Assembly (NCBI GenBank): GCA_009914755.4 | Contig: CP068257.2 | Span: forward strand, 44,256,001 to 44,320,000 | DNA: 64,000 bases | DNA from: the human T2T-CHM13v2.0 reference genome, Homo sapiens | Direction: 5' to 3' | Shown: positions 53,461-64,000 of the stretch, one piece after another | Numbering within the stretch: position 1 is the first letter of the stretch | Layout: every line of letters begins with the position of its first letter | Translations under genes and position numbers: made by a program | The notes under the pieces: generated by a model | Databases searched by the model: none | Told to the model about the DNA's origin: nothing | Seen by the model: the letters and a program-made list of their open reading frames with translations, nothing else

Positions 53461-55365
53461 TGTCCTGGTTATGCAGACATTTCTTTATATTATTTGCTTA
53501 ACTTTAATGCCCTCCTAGGAAGATTTCCCATACTTTCCTCCCTTCAATCAAAATATCCCAAGTTCAACAGGTCTGGCTCACTCCTCTCTATTCATCTAAG
53601 GTCTACTTTGTTCAGGAATTTCTGTCTAGGACTCAGGCAGGACCAAGGAAATCTTTTCAGTGACATTTTAAATATCACTGTTTATGGAATGTGTATAGAT
53701 AACTGAATAACCAAATAAGTGTTGTTTTGAAAGTATCTTTATTAAAAGAATATAAAGAACAGAAACTCTAGGCTTATATATGCAAAGGAAAAATAATGGA
53801 GAATTAGAGATGAATTGGTTCATTCAGCACCAGCTGATCCCCTCCTGTGCTGGACGGTCCCACAGGACCACGTCTGCCCTGTGGGGTCACTCCCTGCCAG
53901 GGAGACTGGCTGGCCACAGTGAGAGGTGGTGCCAGTACCATAAGACAAGATGAGAGGTGGCATTGTGGACAAACTGCCCCACCCAGGGCCCAGGGAGGGT
54001 GTGGCTGGCAGGGACGGGGGGCAGGGCAGAGGTGGTGGGGAGGAACAGGAGCTGTGTGGCTTTAACATGGAGTTGGGGGGCACAGGAGGCGCCGTGAGGA
54101 AGTAGGAGCTCATTGGGAGTCTCCAACCATTGGAGGTGCATTTTGGGGACCCCTCTGGTCTGTCTGGAACCTAGGCTGAGGGGCACAGCAGAGGCAGGAA
54201 CCAGCAAGAGGGAAGCATGGGGGTGGGAGGAGGGCTCCCCAGTCTGGGGTATTCTGAAGGTACATCAGCTGGGCCTGCGATGGTTAGGAGGGGTGGATCC
54301 TGGGGTCTCCAGGGCCCAGGCTGAGCTGCAGAATCCGAGTTACAAGAACCACGTGGGGCCTGCAAGGGGAAGAGCAGAGTGTCAGCGTTAGACTTGCAGG
54401 TTGGAGCCGCCACTTGTCCAGGAAATGGAAATGCTGAGCACGAAGAGCAGAGCAGCCTCTGGCCCCTCCTGTGCCAGTACTCATGGGGCTTGCAGCTTCC
54501 AAGCAAGAGCAAATCATGGACTTGAACTCTGAGAGGTTGTCTTTTATCTGATGGTACTAAGTGGAGATTTGTAAATATAAAAGCTTAGGCTTGATGATCA
54601 ATTAGACCCATATTGTCACTCTTCAACAAAGAAAGGTATCTATATAGAAATGTGCAGCTTTTCATTGGCCCTAGCACTTCATTTTTGGCTCAGTGATGCC
54701 ATTAGGTCTCCTTGCTCCAAATTGGAAGAACTGCCTGGTGGGCCTGAGCTGTCTGAGCCAGGCTATGTGCAGGGGCCTCTGGACAGTTACATCAGAATCA
54801 GAATGAGAGGCAACTTTGCATGCTCTGCCATCTGCTGTCCCCTGCAGGAGGCCGGGGGGTGTCACAGGGAGGTGGGGCACTGTCGGGTAGAGCCGTGTGG
54901 GCCTCAGAACCAGTGGTGTCTCCTGAGAACTAAGGGAAAATGGGCACTCAGCATCAGTGTGACCAGCATGGCCTGTGCCCTGGGTGCTGCACAGAGACCC
55001 TGAGACATGCTGGATGGCCCTGCCCTTCAGCCAGGGGCCCACCAGGGTGGCTTTCCAAGGTGTCACAAGAGAGTATACAAACATAACAGGGGAGTGAAGT
55101 CACGCTGTGCACAAAATGAAAAAAACAAAATGTCCTGCTTGGGTTTCTCTTTCCTTCTTTTGAGAGAGGTTGGGACTAAGGAAATTGGGTGGCAGTTTGG
55201 GACTGAAGCTCACAGGGTCCTGGCCCTCTGGGCTGTGCTGACCCTCACACTTGGGCCAGCTCTACAGCCCTGTCTCACTTGACCCAGGAGAGTGAGGGAC
55301 AGGCACTGGAGTGTGACTGTTAGCAGCCTTCCACCAGCCTAACCATGTCCCCTTGGTATACCCAG

Positions 55366-55418
55366 GTCTGGACGCCAGCCCACCGGCCAGCACTCATGAG
55401 CTCACCATTCCCAATGAT
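55366..55418 (+). CDS. PCBP3: PCBP3 exon (G)LDASPPASTHELTIPND
   Basis: Acceptor tatacccag| and donor aatgat|gtgagtat. Confidence 0.9.
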
Positions 55419-58400
55419 GTGAGTATGCCCGCTGTACCTGCCTGTCCCTGGGTAGAAACACCAGGCACAAGTGGCTGTCAGCTCTGCTGTCCTTTGGGCA
55501 GAGGGACCCACTGCTTGGTAATGCCTTCACCACCCCAACCCCACTGTTTGATCTGTGTCCTCCCTCCTTTCCTTTTTAAAGTGGGTTTAATGCCCATAAA
55601 AAGTTATGTGTTTTTACATCCCTAAGATGTTGAACAAGCAACAGGCTAAAGGGGACTTCAGATATTAATCAGTAGTCAGATGAGAGTTGGGCTGAGAACC
55701 TATGTTGCTGTGGAGGCACTGCCCTGGTGCGGGCCAAACCTTGAAGAACAAGGTGGCCCAGGAATGCTCTAGAGTGGACCCACCTGCAGTATTATCTCCA
55801 TGGGCCCTGGCCCCTCAGGAGGTTTGGGATTCTCCATGAGTTGGCTCCAACAGACTTGAAGCTGGTTGGATGTCACAGACTTGTCTAGATTCCTTCTAGC
55901 ACTCGTCAGTCTATTCATGCCTTCAGCATACCTGAGGGTGTGGCCTTACGAGCTCCCCTCAACACACACAGTCCTCCCCAGAGTAAGCACGGGTCTTGAG
56001 GATAGAGAGGACTATTCTCTGAATGCTTGACTTATCCAGAAACTGAGAGACCAGGGAGGGCATGGGCCACATGTCCTTAAGGGATAGCTGCCAGAGCAGC
56101 AAGCAGAGTCCCTGTGTGGGCTGTGGAGGTGGCTGCCCCACTTACAGCTCAAGTGTCCAGGAGGCTTTTCTGCCCTAGAGCTGTGGACTTTGGGAATCTT
56201 CACTGTTCTGCCCCTTTACACCTGCTGGGCAGGAAATCTAAGCCCTGTTCCTTCCTTTCATACAAGTTGACCATAGGAAGCACAGATTTGGCAGTTCAGG
56301 GAGATCACCAGTCCTGTGTGTGGAAGATGGACAGTGGAGCAGGAGAAAAAGAGGCAGAAGAGAGCAGGGTCGCCAGAGGAATGGACCATGAGGCTGTCTG
56401 GCTGGTGCCACTGACCCGCCTGAAGAGCCATCTTCATTTGAGCCCCTCATGGCAATGTGCACTCTAGGCCTTCTTCTATCCCGGTTGCTGGTCAGGCACA
56501 GAGTCCCCATGTCTGCTAAAAGAAGCTCAGGACACTCACACTCCAGGCAGCATTGTGGTCCAGCCTTCTGGCATCCCCAAGGATTTCTGAGGTTGGCCCA
56601 ACTTGAAAGGCAGCAGCACAGAGCCATCTCCCCAGGTGTGGGGTGGCACAGCCAACTGGTCCCTGCATTCTTGGATGGAGGGGATTTTTCCCCAACCCTT
56701 TCCCTCACTGCAGTGGTTCCTTCAGCATTTGGCTTCTGGCATCCTCCTGAGTCTTTTCCTCCAGGTAGTAAAGCCACCAGGCTTTTCCTGTGGGGTTTTC
56801 CTTCTTTGGTGAGTCAGTGCTCACTAACACCAGGTTTGGTGCTCTTATCCAAACACTCATTTAAAATGGAAATGAGCTTTAAGAGAATGAGACATCTTTG
56901 GAGAGTTGGTCAACCTGTTTCCTGGGGTCTCCTTTGTACAGATGGATGCTGGTTTTCCCAGCTCTTCATCACTCACTTCCCATCCTCCTCCTGGGGATCT
57001 TCCTAGGGAAGAGACCCACTTCTCAGAAGGAAGGCAGCTTCCTCTTATCCCAGTGCCTTTGGGTACAGCCTTCCATGCTTCTTCATGGAAAAGGCTATTG
57101 ACGACACTGTCAGGGGGCTTTCACCAGCACCCCCAGATTTTGTGGGGGATGTATCTGGGCTGCACCAAAGCTGATGTTCCTCACATGGTGGCTGCCTGCT
57201 ACCTTCTTGGAGAAAAGGAAAAAATAAAATGGGCGTGCTTGTTCTGAACTTGCCTGTCATCTCGTCCACGTCCGTCTCTTGGTCACAGTTGGATCATGCT
57301 GCCTCAGCGTTCCTGCAGAAAGACACTGCTTGGAGGCAGGGACTCCTGAGACTCACAGGCTCCCCAGCACGGCCACTGGGGACACAGGCCAGTCCAGGGG
57401 CCCCAGCCCTTTGGTTCCCTTTCTGACGATCACTGTGGGCCTCCCTCACCACCTATTTCAGTCCTTGCTCTTGGTCATGCAGGCACTGGTGCCTGTGGTC
57501 ACCCCTACTCTGCCCTAAGCAACAGTCACCCACCCACCAAGGCTCATGCCCCTTTCCTTGGTTCTTAGCTGCAGAATCAGCCAGGCCTTCTGCTGGGGAA
57601 AGGAATCTAAGGTGTCCGACAGTGGTCTCTAGGAGGAGAGGCTGCAATGGGAGTTGTTACTGCAGTTCCCGTGGAATTTGGCATTGACATCTGATTAGGA
57701 GGGGCCACATTATTTCAGAATATTTCTATCGTTCTTCTTTGAATTTGCAATGGAGGCACACAAGGGTGAGGAGAGAGGAGGAGAGGAGTCTGCTAACTGC
57801 TGGCAGGGTTTGCAGGTGCAGGTGGGGCCAGGTGGGAGGTGCCCTTGGGCTGCAGGGCTCAGCCTAGAAGGCATCCTCCCCTGCACTGAGCCAGCTGGCC
57901 TAGGGCAGGGCAGGTGAAGGAGGTCCGACCTCCCCACATTCCCTTCTCATGGCAGAGAGTGCCAGTATAGAAGTCACAGTGCTGTTCACCTTGGCATTTG
58001 TGGTTAGGCGGGCATGCCCTGGCTGCTCAATGATGTCCCATCAGCATTCAGACCCCACAGCTGTGTGCAGAGGAGGGGAAAGGCCTGTGGCAAAGGCAGC
58101 ACCCTCCAGAGCCTGGGGAGATGGGCACCCTGAGCAGCACATTGCAGGGAGCAGAGGGAGAGGGCGGGGTGAGAGCAGGAGGGGGATGCGTGCCAGAGCA
58201 CAGCTGGAGCGAGGCAGTTAGAAGACAGGGGCAGATGGTTAAGAGAAGAGGGTAGGCCCTGTTTGCAGGAGGGGCAGGGAGATACTTCCTCCAGCAGGCT
58301 CCGAGGAGAGATCCAACAGCACATGTGCACAAGGCTTTCCGTGCTGTGCGCTTCAGCAGACACCACGCGCTCCAGCGCAGAAAGTGTTAGGGAGGAAAGC

Positions 58401-58720
58401 GGCTGCGTGCTGGCCAAGGAGGGGTATAGGAAGTGGGGCAGTGCGAAAGCCCAGGAGCTGCTCTCCCTCCTGGATGTTGGCATCTTACAGGGACCTGTGG
58501 TCATGCTGCCGAGTCAGCCATGTTCCCCCTCCCCATGCGGGCCGTGCTGCTGTCCCTGGCCCCCATCAGAGATGAGCCCTTCAGATCTCTCTGCCACCAG
58601 GGAGGAAGATGCAGCCAGGCAGGTGAATGTGGCCATGTGCCAATTAGGAAACCACCCTCCTAACCCCAGTGGCACACTCAACACCACACACAGGTGTGAG
58701 CAGGGAGAGGGCTGGACTGC

Positions 58721-58790
58721 GGGTGGGGCCTTGGGAGATGTGGGTGGGGTCTGGGAGATGTGGGTGGGGTCTGAGAGGTGTGGGGGAGCC
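58721..58790. repeat. 24-bp tandem repeat x3 (gggtggggtctgggagatgtgggt)
   Basis: Direct tandem copies. Confidence 0.75.
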
Positions 58791-60142
58791 CAGAGATGCA
58801 GCAGGAGATAGAAGACTCCCAGCAGCCCTGGATTCTCCAGAGTGGGGGTCTCTGTGGATATCTACAAAGACTGAGGGTTCTGTAGTCCAGTGAGACAGCT
58901 GTCATTTCCTTGTAACCAGCAGAGATGGCCTCTAAGGTGAGCAGAGTTGAGACACCATAGGTCTCCTCAGGGACAAGGGCTGGCTGGCAGGGCACCTGTG
59001 TCCCACCATGGAGCTGCTGCTCACCCCACAGACTGAGCCCCTTCACGCTTGCAAGTGGACGTCCCTCCTGCATGCCGCCACATGGCCCAGCCCAGCCCTT
59101 CCATCCAGCGTCTTACTGGTGTAAGGACAGAAACCTGCTCCTGTCACTCAATTTCACCACCGTTCTGACACCCCAGCAGCCTCACGGGAGGTGGGAGTGG
59201 ACTCTGCCTCAGGGCCCTCGGGGACCCATGTGCCCAGCTGCCCTCCTGGTGCCCTGTGCCGGGCACCCTCCAGTCTGGGGCTTTCTCTGCCACAGGTCTG
59301 GCCACGTCTCTTTCCTGTCCAAGCTCCAGAGCTCTCATCCGTGGCCTATGCGTGCATGAAGGGACTCCGTTCCATCCAATGGTGGGCATTGAGAGATGCC
59401 ATTGGCTCCTGTGCAGTCTTCTCTGGGGGCCCGAGTTGTCCCCGACGCCCCTCATGGCTGCCCCATAGGCCCCGCCCTCCTCCCTCAGCTGCTTCAAGGA
59501 GCACCCTCATTCTTGATGACTGCCTTGGCCAGAGGCCACTGTGTTCCATCTTTAAACAGGGGTCCCAACAGGGGAATGAAAGGAGGCACCCGAATGGCCT
59601 CAGAGTTTAATCTAAGTTCAGCAAAAGCTAAGTTTTAGGCAGCAGTGAGCTTTGCTGTGGCTTCAAGCACACGTTTCTTCTTGAGCATTTGTGATGCTGC
59701 CTGTCTGGGCAGAAGGGGTCTCCCTGGGATGTGGCCAAGAAGGTGCAGACACCGCTGGGCCATGGTGGAGCCTCCCTGCTCAGCTGCTGGCTGCCACCTG
59801 TGGGTCGCTCCTGGACCCCGGGGTGACCAGTGTGGAGCACCCAGGCCGAGTGACTGTGCCTCTTGGCTGGGTGGGCCTCCTACAGGAGTGGGTAGCAGGG
59901 CGGGTCTGAGAGGGGCCAGCAGAGGCACAGGTGCTCTCAGCCTGACCTCGGGCAGGTGGCCTGGATCAGGCACCACCTGCAGGCAGGTGTGGGCGGGGCC
60001 TCTCCGGGGTGTTGAGCTCAGGTCTTGGGGCAGAGTCCAAGGCTGGCGGCCCGTCCCACCGGCCCCCTCGGGCGCACTGCCCACAGTCTTCAGGGGCTGG
60101 CTTGGGCTGTTCTCTAAGAAATCCCCCCGTCCTTGTTTCTAG

Positions 60143-60313
<171 letters not shown>

Positions 60314-60844
60314 TGAGCATCTCCCAAGGGTCTCTGAGAGACGCCCGGAAAGGGACGCGCCAGCCGGCGTTACATCACCTGGACGGTCGGGGGGTGGGAG
60401 GAGGCACAGTCTGGGCCACACTCTGCCTCCCCTTCTGTCCCCTCTGCTCCAGGCTGGATGGTGGGGACAGGATGGGATGGTGACAGCCTCCATGTAGACA
60501 CGGGGCCACCTCACTCTCCCGACCTCCCACCCGAAGTGTCTCCAGGGACAATCCCGGAGGCTAGAGAGGAAGGCAGGTGCTCCTGTGGCCTCAGACAGGT
60601 GGCCAGAACTATCCTGGAAGGCCTGACTCTTGTCCGCTCAGAGGTCTCCAGAAAGACCAATGTTTGGGGACTTTGCTGTTTTGCCTCCTTTTTCATTCTC
60701 ATGGAAACGTGTAGGGACGGGCAGGACAGGACTCTGCAGGCCGCTTCCTTCCATGGGTCCCTGTGCACATGGGAGGGTCTGAAGCCACCTGGGTCCCTGT
60801 GACTGCACCCCACTCGGCCTCAAGCCAGTGCCCCACCCCCGCCA

Positions 60845-60960
60845 AGCACACCATACCACCAGTCCCCCCGCCAGGCATGCCGTACCACCAGCCCCGCCAG
60901 GCACACTGTACCACCAGCCCCCCAGCCAGGCACGCTGTACCACCAGCCCCGCCGGCCTCT
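60845..60960. repeat. ~28-bp tandem repeat x4 (caggcacgctgtaccaccagccccgcc), in the intron between the last two coding exons
   Basis: Direct tandem copies. Confidence 0.8.
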
Positions 60961-61783
60961 GATGTAAGGAACATCCGTCCTCTCTCCCCAAGGATGTCCT
61001 ACTGCAAGAGCCCTGAGCTGGGCTTGTGGGATGGGACGGGACGGGATGGGACTGGAGGGGAGGAGAAGGGAGGGGCCTCTAGGTGGACACAGCCCTGCGT
61101 GGGCCCTGGAACCCCTGTCCCGGTGACCCTTCTCTTACCTGCACGCCCAGTGAGTGGGTGAGAGGCTGCCTGGAGAGGACGAGGACACCCCCCGACTTTA
61201 CCCACTGATGCCCCGCTGGGCTTCTGCCTCGATCCAGAGCCAGGTTGGGCCTCTTTCCATCCCTGTGGCCACAGGCCCATGGGCAGGAGGCTGGGCAAAG
61301 TGCAGCATTGGCAAACCCAGGGCGAGCCTGGGGATGGGGCTTGTCAGGGAGGTTCCCGCCTGCCAGACCGCATTACTGACAGCCCCACTGGGACCCGTGC
61401 TTGGGGCCAGATGGCTCTTACCCACATACACTTACTCCTGTGGCAACCAAAGCCCCTTCTCAGATGCCAGGTGTGAGGCTGGGAAGGCCCTGAGCACCCC
61501 CAGGGGCCGACCCAGGGCTGTGTAGGGGGCTCCACATGGGGAAGGCCTCAAGCCCCCATGCAGGGCTGGCTCACACACCTGACGTGGTGATGGGCATGGC
61601 GGGGACCAGGGCGGGGAAGAGGCCTGTGTGCTCTGCTGTGGTCTCCAGCTCAGGACCTCCTGAGCTGACCGGGATGGCCTGTCCCAGCGAGCACAGAGGC
61701 CACACAGCCCGGCCTCACGTCTGCCCACTGATGAGGGCGTTGGTTGTGACCGTCTCTCCCTCTCCTGCCTTTGTCTGTTCCAG

Positions 61784-61820
61784 GCTGACGTCCGAGGTCA
61801 CCGGGATGGGCACGCTGTAA
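61784..61820 (+). CDS. PCBP3: PCBP3 terminal coding exon (R)LTSEVTGMGTL with TAA stop at 61818-61820
   Basis: Acceptor ctgttccag|. The exon is in frame with the previous one and ends in a stop codon. Confidence 0.9.
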
Positions 61821-62575
61821 TCCTACCCAGCACCCTTCCCCCGCGTCACCCACCTGCCAGAGCCTAAGGCCCCCGGCTCTCGCACTCTGTACAGCCCACC
61901 TTCCCTGCCTCACAGATACCAATAGAGAGGTTTTCTTAATTAACAAAAGGACGTATGCCATGGAGAAACACACCCGCGCACACAGCTGCTCTCTACAGAG
62001 GCTGCAGGCTCCGCCGAGTCCCCCCTCAGTGTTATTTTATTTATGACTTACGCTCCCGTCTGCCCATGCACCGGCATGCAGTGGTAATTATTTTAGAAAT
62101 ATTGTTCCTTGGTGTCAGCGTAGCTGTCTGTCTTAGGAGCTGGGTCGGCGTTCCGACAGCACTTCCTGTCCGCCCTTCTCCTCTGCCATCCAGAACCGTC
62201 CAGAACTGTTGCCTGAGACCCCTCCTCTCTCACACAGCCCTGCCATGCTGACTCGGTTTCCCCTCAGAGCCATTGTTGTCTGGGCTCGAGTTTCTGCCCC
62301 AGGTTGTGTGCTGGAATCGGGGGGTGGCTCTCCTGCCACCCATGGGGAGCGCCAGGAGAGGAGGGTCATGGAGGATGTTGGGGCTCTGACCCCAGGAGTG
62401 GGGTGGAGGGCGGAGCCTGCTGGGGGCCCTGCCTTCACAGAGATGCCGCGTGCTGGGAAGGCTCTTGGGGTCCCCTGAGCGTCTTCCAGGGTGGCTGGAG
62501 AGCACAGACGCGCCAGGGAGCCCCCTCTGTGCTCCTCAGAGTTCAATAAATGTCGTGGCCCCTCCTCACCGGCTC
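61821..62575 (+). other. PCBP3: Putative PCBP3 3' UTR (its extent is uncertain)
   Basis: This is contiguous sequence after the stop codon. An AATAAA hexamer lies at 62545-62550 with GT-rich sequence downstream. Confidence 0.4.
62545..62550 (+). terminator. Candidate polyadenylation signal AATAAA
   Basis: The hexamer is in gttcAATAAAtgtcgtgg, about 725 nt after the stop codon. Confidence 0.35.
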
Positions 62576-63857
62576 TGGCTTGTCTCTGCGCCCCCCAATG
62601 CACCCAGGCCCCGGCACTTCCTTCCCCTGGGGAGACATTGCCCTGAGCCCAATGCTTATCGAGAAGCCTGGGTTTCTTCTCACACACAGATACCATTTCA
62701 TTCCCCCTTTCCACAACACACATAAGCACTTCTATTTGTACTTTGGCAAAACTACTTAAAATGACAAACACAGAAACACCATTCCTGCCCGGGCACCAAA
62801 ATGCCAGTTCCTAATTTGTGAGACTTACTCCCTTATAGCCGTTATGGGTACCAGAGGCCATGCCCGGTGACCCCCAGTGCTTCCACAGGTGGAGCCTATC
62901 CGCCTCACACCTGCTTGGGGACAGTCCACGTGGCTCACTTGGCAGCCTGTGCTCACCTTAAGAAGCCTGGCTCTGCCCCTGCTCAATCCTGAAGCCCTGG
63001 GTGTGACTCAGGCCCTCCCCTCAGGTGATTAATCCCTAACCCAGGCCCAGGGAATGGGGGGAGCCCCCAGGTGATTTATCAGGAAGGACAAGACCCGGGA
63101 TGGATGGGGAGCCAGGCACCGGGGAGGGCAGGACTCGGGGGCTCCTGTCCCAGCTCTGCAGGCTCAGGGCACCACCTCCACACCTGGATCCTGGTGTTCA
63201 CGGGATCTTCTAGAAGGTGGTGGGCCTGGGATGTGTGGACAGACATGGCTCACTGACCCCTCACTGGAGGTGTCTGTCAAGAGTCAGCAGTTCCAGGAGG
63301 ATGGGAGTCTGGCCAGAACCTGGGGAGCCTCCAGGGGCCCAGGACAGCCTGCCCCAGGCTCCTAGCCAGCCACAAGGCACCCGCTCACAGGAGCCCCTTC
63401 CTGCCTGATCAGGCAGAAGCCGGCCTGTTTCCCAGACTCCACCTGGCCTGCCTCAGCCACCTGGCCCGTGTGCCGGCCTGGAGGGCCCCGACTCAGCCTC
63501 CTGGACACACTCCTTGCCCACCCTCTGCCCCTGGGAGGAGGCTCACAGGAGTGAGCCCAGTGTGGCACGTGGGCACACATGCTGGCACCTTAGGACTGGG
63601 GTTCCCGCCGGTGGGGCCCAGACACCAGGATGCGGAAGACACAGGCCTTCCTCAGCACCCGTGTCAGTGGAGATGGTCAGTCAACAGCGTGGGTACAACT
63701 GACAATGACAGACGCCCTGGAAATGAGACACCACGAGAAGAGAGGAATCAAAATGGGATGATCATGGAAGGATCCCTAGAAAGTGCAGGCTGGGCAAGAC
63801 CTAAGAAGGTAAGCGGTTAGTTGCTCACTCACCTGGAGGAAGAACAGCAGGCAATGG

Positions 63858-64000
63858 AGCACTCCTGGTGGTGGGGGGCACTGCAGGTAGAGGGAGCACT
63901 CTGGGTAGAGGGAGCACTCCAGGTGGGGCAAAAACTCCAGGTGGAGGTGGGGAGCACTCCAGGTGGGGGAGCACTCCAGATGCGGAACACTTCAGGTGGG
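63858..64000. repeat. ~17-20-bp tandem repeat (gggagcactccaggtgg), ~7 copies, running off the window end
   Basis: Direct tandem copies. Confidence 0.8.

Overview
This window is human (primate) nuclear DNA, not a prokaryotic locus. Alu SINEs and an old L1 fragment establish that, so the six-frame ORF track is largely uninformative. The real content is a + strand multi-exon gene encoding a triple-KH-domain poly(rC)-binding protein, which I recognise as PCBP3 (hnRNP E-like, 21q22.3). Thirteen coding exons (12774..61820) each have a polypyrimidine/AG acceptor and a GT donor, and they splice into one continuous ORF ending in ...LTSEVTGMGTL*. The introns carry an unusually dense set of minisatellite/VNTR arrays: a 66-bp array of ~54 copies (3.6 kb), a 32-bp array of ~54 copies (1.7 kb), a ~30-bp C-rich array of ~45 copies, a 59-bp array of ~20 copies, 48-, 43-, ~52-, 30/60- and 69-bp arrays, plus GA- and CT-rich tracts. 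These arrays make up roughly 18% of the window. Nearly all long ORFs in the provided track (up to 1241 aa) are stop-free read-throughs of these tandem repeats on either strand, not genes. No CRISPR array, rRNA/tRNA gene or bacterial-type operon is present. I see no previously undescribed protein-coding system. The most unusual observations are structural: a VNTR abutting a splice donor, a CpG-dense 3.6-kb intronic VNTR whose variants carry a methylation-decay signature, C-rich/G4-prone arrays, and a NAGNAG acceptor. The 5' exon carrying the long-isoform start codon (MGE...) is not in this window, and the in-window first exon carries the internal ATG used by the short isoform. The protein identity comes from my memory of the PCBP family sequences and is not database-verified.
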